A stretch of DNA of 64,000 nucleotides from Octopus vulgaris. Lineage: Eukaryota. The notes beneath the pieces were generated by a model that saw nothing but the letters and a program-made list of their open reading frames with translations, had not been told where the DNA came from and did no database searches. Positions within the stretch are counted from its first letter, which is position 1; each line of letters opens with the position of its first letter. The stretch is taken from positions 78,802,001-78,866,000 of the forward strand of contig OX597821.1 in the NCBI GenBank assembly GCA_951406725.2, read 5' to 3'. Positions 53,990 through 64,000 of the stretch are shown here, piece by piece. Both the position numbers and the translations under genes were made by a program.

Positions 53990-56300
53990 GGAAGAAAAAA
54001 AGATCTTGACGAGTTCTGCAGCCACATTGAGAACTTTCCCTACCATACTATACATAAACATACAGTTAACTCAAATTTTAGCACTGCACAATGGAAGGAA
54101 CTGATAGAACTTCAAAATGATGAAGATATAACCATTAAGGAAGCAGACAAAGGAAGTGCAATTGTAATAATGGATACATTATACTATAGAAATCTTGTAA
54201 TTTCCTTGCTTGATGACAATCAATATCATGAAAAAATCACCCACTACACCCCGAAAAAAATAATGAAAACTCTGTCCTCACTAATTAAAACACATGAAAA
54301 GGAACTAACAACCAAAGACTTTCTAACAAATTTTTAATGCAAGCCTAGCTTCTTCTATGGTCTGCCAAAAATACATAAAAGCCAAATTATAAATGAAACC
54401 ATTAAAAAATCACCAAAGAAATACATACACACACCTAGCCCGGGGGACCTAAAACTACGACCCATTGTAGCTGGCCCAGCCTGTGAAACACACAGATTAA
54501 GTCTATTTATGGACATCCTCCTGAAACCCTTCCTAAAACATATCGATATCAGAGATGACTTGGATGATGTTAAACGACCTTCCAAAAAAGTCAACAAAGA
54601 AACAATCATGGTTTCATTTGATGTAGTTAATTTATATACCAGTATACCTCATAATTATGGACTAGACGCAATACAGCTCTGGCTGGACCAATTTCCGGAA
54701 GAAATACCAAAAAGGATCAGTAAAGAATTCATTACTAAATCGGTTGAATTCATCCTACAAAATAACTACTTCACATTTGACAATACATTTTACCGTAAAA
54801 AATCCGGAATTGCTATGGGTACAAGGGCAGCACCAGTCATTGCGAACCTAACAATGGGCTACCTAGAAATAATTGTATACCAGGAATCTTTATCGACCTT
54901 TGGAAACCCCTTTTCTCATAAAAGAGAATTGGAAAATATTGTTTTATACTCTGGAATGAAAACACAGATAAACTCCTAAAATTCAAAAACCTATTGAACA
55001 GCATCAACCCAAATATACAGTTCACAATGGAATACAACCAAAAGGAGCTTCCATTCTTAGATATACTAATTCAAAAAATTAACCTTAAAATAGAAACAGA
55101 CAATTTTTACAAAGCCACAGGCGCTAAACAATACCTACCTTTTGATTCATGTTACCCAAGACACACTAAAACAAACATCCCTTTCAACCTTGCAAGAAGG
55201 ATATGCACAATAGTGTCAGAACAAAATACCAGGAACTTTAGACTACAAAAACTCAAAAACACCCTAATTGACAGACACTACCCAATTCAACTGATAGAGG
55301 ATGGGATCAGACGTGCAACAGAAATCGACATAGAAACTTTGAGAAAAGTTCAACACAACAACACACCTCCCCCTAAAATACTGCCTTACATATCCACATA
55401 CAACCCCAGAAACAAAGAAGCCTTCACCAGCATCACCCAGAATTTACCAATACTTCACAAGGACCCCAAAATAAAGGAAATTCTAAACATACATAAAATC
55501 ATTAAAAGCTACAAACAACCTAAATCACTTAAAAAGATTCTCACAAAGGCAAAATTGTTTTCTGAAATTACGGATGCAAAAGCAAAAAAATGTGGTAGAA
55601 CAAACTGCGCAACATGCCCAAACCTTCTAGAAGGATCAGAATTCCTTTTCAAACAGGGACAAAATTCAAGATCAGATCTAATTTTACTGGTGCTTCTGAA
55701 AACATAATTTATGTCATAAGGTGCTCGGGCTGCCACCAAAACTACGTGGGGTCCACGGGATTATCCCTCAAACGTAGATGCACTCTGCATCGACAACAGA
55801 TTGCATTCCCAGAATACAGAATGATACCCTTTAGTGAGCATATTGAGAAATGAGCAAAGCAACTGCTACCACAATTTTTAATCTTTCCATTCTATCAATG
55901 TGCTATTGGAACACCAACACAAATTCGATTAAACAAAGAAACTTTCTTCATTGAAAAATATAAGCCTAAACTTAACCATTCTAACATTCGTATACAGAGA
56001 AACTCACCCCATTAAATACGGGAAAAGAAATATAAAGCAATTATCTCCCTTATACCGGAAGAAATCGCTTATTACCTCCCCCTACCTGGAACTCTTCTTT
56101 GCACTACATAACGAAGACATAACACGATGTAGGTAAAGACATTTGAGAAATTTGAAAAGTTAACACGAAACCGGTAATTTCTTCAAAAACTATGTTACTG
56201 TGTGAAAAATGTTATAACATTCTTCTAACATCACGACTTAAATATATTCCTTAACCTTATAAAACAAGCCTTCTGTAGTTTTTTCACTCTTTTGTATTTT
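53990..56300 (+). mobile_element. Penelope-like element (Neptune-type), RT + GIY-YIG, frameshifted
   Basis: IKEADKGSAIV, YGLPKIHK, RPIVAG, SFDVVNLYTSIP, GIAMGT, CGRTNC..C, IIYVIRCSGC..YVG. Confidence 0.93.
56146..56182 (+). ncRNA. Minimal hammerhead, U3-A8 variant, in PLE 3' region
   Basis: agaaat TTGAAAA gt-taac-ac GAAA ccgg TA atttct. Confidence 0.78.
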
Positions 56301-57215
56301 CTATATATCCAACCACGTGCTGTCACACACCAACTTTCTCACCTATATATATATATATACTTACATATAAGAAAACAAAGTGTACGTACGCCGCTATATT
56401 TTTATATATAAAAATACAAAAATGGGACAAAAACGCAAATCATCCAGACAGTTAGGTGATACAAAGAAAACAAGGACGGTCATTCTGAGTTTTCTTTCTT
56501 CAGGTGAGTTCTAGATTATATTTGCGATTTCGGCTAGTTATACTCGAGATTGCTCCAATCTGGTTAGCCCCACGGAAAAACTAAGCTAAGAGCATTAGAT
56601 TCCTTGGAAGAAAGCAGCGAATATATACGAAAACAAGGACGAAAAAAAACGGAGAAATGTTACACAAATACAAATGCAAATAACAGGATATAACAACAGG
56701 TGTCTTTCCACCAAACATGAGGTATATCTAAAATATCCCGTACATCTGCTCGGTTCTCTGCTTTCAAGTTATTAGAGAGGTGGAGAGTTAAATCTTCCGC
56801 TAAATAGAAAGCAATGACATTGCAAGTGGAATTACCTAATATTTTATTTTCATACCAATCTCTCATTAATCTGTGAAAGGTTGGTCATAGAACTAAGATA
56901 AAGCATCGCTCCTATATATGCAACGGAATTTACGCAGTTAACGGTTAGTTGATATCTACGCAGTCCTGTTCAATATCCTATAACGTACACAATGATCCAT
57001 GCACGTCTTCCTCCAGAACCCTATCTTTTTTAAGCTCACCCTTCGCTTTTCTCTCACTATTTCACTTTCATCATTTCTCTCTCTCTCAACTGTCCTTCAT
57101 TTCCTTTCTTCCAATCACCATCTCTCGCTTCCTATCCCCCAATCTCTCTGTCCACATACCCTTTCCTCTCCATCTCCCTCTTGACCTCCTGCTTTCTCAT
57201 TCCCTCACATTCCCG

Positions 57216-57267
<52 letters not shown>

Positions 57268-57332
57268 AATTCTCTTTCACACGCTTTTTCTCTCTCAATT
57301 CTACTTGAATTTATTCAGTTTTGTATTTGCAG

Positions 57333-57484
57333 GTGAAACTCGTCTTGAGAAATAATAATGCTGACATTCACTCATTAATTTTCGATGGAAAAGGAACAAA
57401 TTACACATCGTGGTTCCAGGAGAGTAAACTCATTTTAAAGCCCTGGTTTGGAGATTTCTCAGGAATATACCAGTTCAATTATAA
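57333..57484 (+). CDS. Gene B exon 3 (VKLVLRNNNADIHSLIFDGKGTNYTSWFQESKLILKPWFGDFSGIYQFNY)
   Basis: tttgcag| and AA|gtatat; 152 nt, phase 0 to 2; joins exons 2 and 4 in one open frame. Confidence 0.82.
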
Positions 57485-57979
57485 GTATATATGAACCCCT
57501 TGTTCTTTATTCACATTTATAGTTTCTCAATGCTAATAATTACGATTTCTCACATGGGCAAACATTTACATATTTCGAAAATAGAGCACAGTAAACTATG
57601 ATACATCCATCACAATAATTAACGAGTATTATTTTATCGACCCCGGAAAAATAAATAACAAAAAAGATTGTGGTGGGATTCACACTCAAAATATTAATGA
57701 ACAAAAATAACTACAGAATGGCGTATTTTTTGCAACCTTGTTGTCGATTCTGCTATTAGTCATTTTAATTGACGATGATAATGGCAATGATGATTATAAG
57801 TATTCTAATAATAATGAGTGGTAATTTTTCCCATCAGTTGCTCCTTACCATATTTACTGATATGCTTTGTCCAACAGAGACAGTACATTCGCTCGACAGC
57901 AATCGAATGTTCACTAGGTCAATCAAACGGATATCAAATTTATGGTCTACGTAGCTAGCCATTTTGAAATGTGAACATC

Positions 57980-58060
57980 CTACGGGTATACGGCGTAGTG
58001 GTCAAGAGCGCCGGCTACTAGCTCCAAGATTCTGAGTTCGATTTCAGGCAGTGACCTGAA
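57980..58060 (+). mobile_element. tRNA-like SINE head
   Basis: cggcgtagtggtcaagagcg..gagttcgatttcaggc (A and B boxes), running into (AAC/AAT)n. Confidence 0.75.
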
Positions 58061-58302
58061 CAACAATAACAACAACAACAACAATAACAAGAACAACAAC
58101 AACAACATTAACAATAACAATAACAATAATAATAATAATGATAATAATAATAACAACAACAACAACAACAACAACGACAACGACAACAACAACAACAACG
58201 ACAACGACAAAGACAACAACAACGACGACGACAACAACAACAACAACAATAACAATAACAATAATAATAATAATAATAATGATAATAATAATAATAATAA
58301 TA

Positions 58303-60612
58303 AGTCAGACAAATACTCACCCAACAGAACTACATGATCTAAAAACTGAAATCATGATTGAATGGCTGAAAATTAAAGAAATCAGTATGGATGAACGCGA
58401 TACTCTCCCGAAAATCTGCAATTCTAAAAAAACTGAAAATAATTGGTAAAATCCACCTTGCACTAAAGGATATAATTTCAGCTAATGATGTTGATATCAC
58501 AGATCTCAACCATCTTTACTATGCATACGCGAAAATCTCAACGATTCTATGTGGTGAAAAGATTAGAAAACGGCAACATTCCCACAAAAAGTCTTTTGAT
58601 AGCCAACCACATAGCTGGATTAAGAAATGCCTGGAAATGTATAAAATAGCTTCTACTCTGCGAAACATTTTGTCTGTAAGAATGAAATCATGAAGAACCA
58701 AACTGATTTTGAATAGTGACAATGAATCTCTAAATGCTGGAAATGTAAAAAATTCATGTGACATTTTTCCAGCGTGACTTACTATCAGCACTTCTCTTTT
58801 GTTTGTCCTTAATACCTCTCTCAAAATCGCTCAATGATGCACAGTACAGTTATAAAATGTTTGATAAAACTATAAATCATTTCATTTACATGGATGATTT
58901 AAAGCTCTTTGCAAAAACTCACCAACAACTCAAAGGCTTACTAGTGATTGTTAAACAATTCAGTGATAACATCAGAATGCAATTTCACTTCGATAAATGT
59001 GCAAAAGGCTACCTTTATCAAAAGGAACATGACAGAAACATCTAACGTTAATCTGGACTAGTAGAATGTCATAAAAGAGTTAGACCCAATGCAGAGGTAC
59101 AAATACCTGGGGGTAATTGAAGGGGACGGTGTCAGGCATTCAATGATAAGGGAAAGGATCAGGAGAGAATATTTAAGAGCAATACTTTAAGACAAAGCTG
59201 AAAGCGAGAAACAGGATCGAAGCGATCAATGCTTTAACCATACCAGTCGTGACTTACAGTTTCAATATCATTAACTGGTCAATTACTGAAATATTTAATC
59301 TTGACAGAAAAATACGAAAACTTTTGACAATGCATAGAATGCAACACCCTAAGGCAGATATAGGACGACTTTATCTGCCAATAAGTGATGGAGGCCGTGG
59401 ACTTTTACACTTGGCATGAAGATTGCTACAAATGGCCTAAACACCTACCTGAAAAACTCTGAGGACTGGATGTTAAAACTTGTCTCAAAACATGAAGGCA
59501 AGAAAGCATCATACTCAGTAACAAAACAGGCAAAAGAATATCTAACAAATACAACAAATTCCTGAATTAGACATACGAGAAACAAGCGCAGAAAAAGCTG
59601 AGCGCATGAAAACCCGTGCTAAAATTGCTGCCTTAGATATTCTGACTGATAAATGGCAAGAAAACCCTCTGAGTGGCAAATACCCAAAGAGAGTGAATAA
59701 TGCTGATGTTGAGAAAGCCCTGACCCATCAATGGCTAATGGCCTCTGGCTTAAAATCTGAAACAGAAGGGTTTATAATAGCAGCTCAAGATCGATGCCTA
59801 CCTACAAGAAACTACCAGGCCAACATATTAAAGAACAGCAGTAGCCCAACATGTCGTGTATGTCAACAACAAAATGAAACCATTGATCATGTTGTCTCCA
59901 TGTGCAGTCTTCTAGCGCCTACAGAGTATCTCAACAGGCATGATGGAGCTGCACAATATATTCACTGGGTAATTTTCAGAAGCCTGGACTTGCCCCGTGA
60001 TAAAAACTGGTGGGAACACAAACCACCTCCAGTGCTTGAAAATGATCATATCTCACTCATGTGGAACTTCACCGATTGAACGGACAGAAAGATAGATGCA
60101 AATAGGTCAGACATCATATTGAAATACTTCAGACAAAAATCATGCCTCCTCATTGATATGACTGTCCCAATCGATATGAACCTACCTGTCAAGACCTACC
60201 AAAAAATGAGCAAGTATTAAGATCTTGAAACAGAAATCAGCAAAATGTGGAACCTGAAGACTAAAACAATACTTGTTCTCATAGGTGCCCAGGAAATGAT
60301 AGCAAAACGGGATGATTGCTACCTAGCTCAGATACCAGGAAACCCCAAAATGGCAGAAATTCAAAATACAGTGCTAATGGGAACTGTCCATATCCTACGT
60401 AAAATTCCTCCTATGTAATCTCAGGTCTTAAAACAAACTCATAATTTTCTTAAGGCTTCTTAAACATTGTCTAGAACAGAAATATGTACAAAGCCAAATA
60501 TATAGCACCCTAGGTATAACACCAACATGAACTTCCAACTTGTTGTCTCTTGAGGTTTCTGGGTGAGACTTGGAGCCAACTTGTACAAATGTAAAGCAAA
60601 AGTCAAACATGA
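58303..60612 (+). mobile_element. R4/Dong-like RLE LINE (second family), degenerate
   Basis: YMDDLKLFAK, GLKSETEGFIIAAQD, CRVC..ETIDH..C, RHD; bounded by (AAT)n. Confidence 0.92.
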
Positions 60613-60655
60613 AATAATAATAATAATAATAACAACAACAACAATGATAATAATG

Positions 60656-60732
<77 letters not shown>

Positions 60733-62730
60733 CCACACGTGGTTCCTCGAAACACTAGCCATTAACAAGGTAACACCAACAATTATAAAATACATAGGAC
60801 ACTATGAATAAATGGCAGACAGTGCTACAACTCCAAACAAAAAAGGGACTCGCGAAAACCAAAGCCATCCCCATTAGAAGAGGAATATTCCAGCGAGACA
60901 CGCACTCTCCACTCCTTTTCTGCTTGGCACTGTCACCTCTATCTGATATGCTAAATGGAACTGGATGCGGATACAAATGTTACGGCGAAACGATCTTTAC
61001 CAAAGAAATAGATATGAAATTTGGATTAGAAAAATGCCCCCAAAGTAACCCTGAAAAATGGAAAACTAGTTAAGAGTGGTAATATCTCACTAGATAAAAC
61101 CAATGAAAAAAGAGAATTAGACCAAAACCAAACTTACAAATATTTAGGAATCCATGAACTAGATAAGACACAACACACAAATGAAAAGAAAATTTTAAAA
61201 AATACTATAGACGAGTTAGATCAATACTAAAAACAGAGCTCAGTGCTAAAAACAAGATAATAGGTATTAACACTTTAGCCGTCCCCGTTGTAAGTTACAG
61301 CTACAATATCTTTAACTGGACGCTAAATGAACTAGCCAAAATATATAGGAAAACAAGAAAATTAATGACAGGATCTAGGATGCATCACCCAAAATCTGAC
61401 ATAGAAAGGCTATATATACAACGTATGGAAGGTGGTAGAAGACTTATAAAGCTGGAAAACTATATAAAATAACCATCATAGGACTGCAAAAATACCTACT
61501 TCAGAAGCAAGGAAAACTGATACAAATAGCGGCAAAATACGAGCAAAAAAAAAACTTTTGTCAGTATTTAAGGAAGCTGACAAATACAAACAAGTAATCA
61601 TACCACCTAAAAAATATGAAGAAGAAGAAGAAAAAGAAGAAGAAGAAGAAGAAGAAGAAGAAGAAGAAGAAGAAGAAGAAGAAGAAGAAGGAGGAGGAGG
61701 ATGTGGAGGAGGAGAAGAAGAAGAAGAAGAAGAAGAAGAAGAAGAAGAAGAAGAAGAAGAAGAAGAAGAAGAAGAAGAAGAAGAAGAAGATGAAGAAGCA
61801 ACAAAAGCTATAAAACAAATGAAATCCAAACTAAAAATAGAACAGCAACGGACCATGATAAAACGATGGCAAGAAAGCCCCTTCAAGGCAAATACAGGAC
61901 TAATCTAAATGCAAAAGAAATAGACAAAGAAAAATCCCAGCAACGGTTGAGAAGCTCAGGACTCAAAGCAGAGACAGAGGGATTGTTAATTGCAGCACAA
62001 TACCAAAGCCTCCCCACCAGAAATTACCAAAAACATATAATGAAAAGAAATATAACAATAAACTGCAGAATATGTGGAGATGGACGAGAAACAATAAATC
62101 ATATTTTCTCTGGCTGCCCAGTCCTGGCTAAGAAGGAATATATTCACAGACACGACAGAGTTAGGACCTACATACACTTGAAGCTATGCCAACATTATGG
62201 AATAACAACAGAAAAAAGATGGTATAGGCACACAACAGAAAAGGTCACAGAAAACGAGAAAGCAACCATACTCTGGGATATGACAATATACACAAACAGA
62301 GAAATTATGGCCAACAGGCCAGATATAGTTGTCAGAGATCATGACTAAAAAAAGCTTTCTAATTGATGTATCAATACCAGCAGATGACAACGTGTCTCTA
62401 AAAGAAATGGAGAAACTTTCAGAATACATAGACTTGGAAATAGAGGTAACTAGAATGTGGAATCTAAAATCAGACACAATTCCTATCATAGTAGGTGCAT
62501 TAGGCATAATAAAAAAATATTCAGACAAATACATAACAAATACACCAGGACTTACAAACATATATAACATACAGAAAATTGCACTACAAGGCACTGCACA
62601 CATCCTACGCAGAACACTTTCAATACAGTAACCATCAGAGCATCACAAGAAAGCACAGCACATACCCAAGACACACAGAGCTGCGCTCGGTAGTGAAGTG
62701 CAAGAACGCTATAAAAATAAAACTACCGAA
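60733..62730 (+). mobile_element. R4/Dong-like RLE LINE (third family), 5'-truncated, with (GAA)n expansion
   Basis: RGIFQRD..SPLLFCL, CRIC..ETINH..C, HRHD, NRPDIV, IPIIVGALG; bounded by (AAT)n. Confidence 0.92.
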
Positions 62731-62759
62731 TAATGATAATAATAATAATAATAATAATA

Positions 62760-62845
<86 letters not shown>

Positions 62846-62855
62846 CAACAACAAC

Positions 62856-63040
62856 ATCGAAAAACACCTTAGAAATGAGAACCCGGGCACGAAATTTCGC
62901 CAAGTGACCTGATGAAAGCTGGAGGGTATATCAGCTGAAACGTTATGTTAACAACAAACAAGATGAGGACAAATATCTGTCAAATGTAAATAATGTAAAT
63001 AATGTGTATAATTCCTCATCTCTGAAATATAGAACTGTAT
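62856..63040 (+). mobile_element. Probable 3' half of the SINE begun at 57980, containing a hammerhead-like motif (62906-62950)
   Basis: gac CTGATGA aagctg-gagggtatat-cagct GAAA cg TT; stem I imperfect in this copy. Confidence 0.6.
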
Positions 63041-63854
63041 TATGCTATACTATCGTTATCTGCGGCTGCAACAAATATTCATGAAGGTACGATTTGGATG
63101 AACTGCTATGCTTGCTTCTCGTCCACGCAGGTGCATCAGGGAAACTTAGTCGTTACCTGTCAGATAAATGGAAACTTCTGAACAGGTTTTCGAGGCGCCT
63201 GGCACTATCCTCCAATGCGCTAACCTTACATATTTCCGCCATGCGTCTAAGATGCAATTCCGCTCCCGTGCCAGTTGGAGTACTTTTCCATCATGGCGAT
63301 GTTTCTATAGATATATATTTTCAATTTAGAGAAAGAAATCGGAACCATACCATTGGATTTACAACTGAAAGGTGAACGATAGCCAATCTCGTCCATTCAA
63401 ATACTACAAACACATGCACATTAGTACAACTAATAGCCAACAACCCCACAGTCTCTTCTCTCTTCTTTCGTTACAAAAGTGAGTTTCCGGTTCCTCAAAT
63501 TGGAACAGCTCTTGTCTACAGCCACTGCACATATTCAAAACTGCTTCTGACAGTCATTTTGATTCTCATCATTTACATTTCCTAAACTCCCGTTTCAGTC
63601 TCATATGACACTCCTTCTTTGCCTCTTTTTTCTTCAGACTTGAACTGAAGCTAATAACAAAATCTAATTTATTCAAAGTACATTTCATATTTACTTTTTA
63701 TGTTATAAATAACAAACTAGGAATAATACACTCAATAATTTCATAGATGATATATAAACGCATTAAACAGAACTGATTGTTGTAAATACAGCCGTAAAAT
63801 ATTGCATTATGATGAACGTTGTTAAATCCATCAGTTGTAATATATTATTTTCAG

Positions 63855-63964
63855 TGACGAGGATATCTTCATCCGACCAAAACTTTATTATTCTGCAATG
63901 AGAGCAGAAAAGAATGACGACGGCAATAATAATTATCGTATTTATTACAGAGAGAACATCAAGA
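63855..63964 (+). CDS. Gene B exon 4 (DEDIFIRPKLYYSAMRAEKNDDGNNNYRIYYRENIK); gene continues beyond the window
   Basis: ttttcag| and A|gtaagt; phase 2 to 1; only this frame is open; homologous to 10587-10690. Confidence 0.88.
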
Positions 63965-64000
63965 GTAAGTATTAAATTTCTTTTTCATGTAATCTAAAAT

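Noticed and set aside
56480-56545. Minus-strand GAAA..CTGAAGA, a possible permuted hammerhead (similar at 33355-33400)
   Set aside because: Could not form stems I and III
57980-58055. Functional tRNA gene
   Set aside because: No acceptor stem or terminator; SINE head

Overview
AT-rich, repeat-dense animal genomic DNA, most likely an octopus. That assignment is inferred from the SINE types, the Neptune-type Penelope elements and the heavy (TA)n/(TAA)n load. Most ORF-track entries are microsatellite artefacts. The window holds two tandem, intron-containing paralogous genes on the + strand (copy A about 3.1-10.7 kb; copy B from 42.8 kb past the window end). They encode predicted secreted proteins with an 8-Cys PAN/Apple-like N-terminal module and a C-terminal domain I cannot name. 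Copy A lacks a recognisable exon 3 but has a frame-restoring acceptor. Exon 4 has diverged far more than its flanking intron. The rest is retroelement debris: Penelope-like elements (RT + GIY-YIG), R4/Dong-like RLE LINEs in (TAA)n, CR1-like LINEs in (TA)n, RTE and Tx1-like remnants, tRNA-derived SINEs, and a ~770-bp 28S rDNA fragment inserted with a 4-bp duplication. The main hidden layer is about 16 minimal type-I hammerhead ribozyme motifs, some degenerate. They include C3-G8, U3-A8 and A3-U8 core variants, fold-back pairs, a tRNA-head SINE carrying a hammerhead, and a sense-strand tandem pair delimiting a 562-nt retrozyme-like unit in intron 1 of gene B. All calls are by eye; no searches were run.
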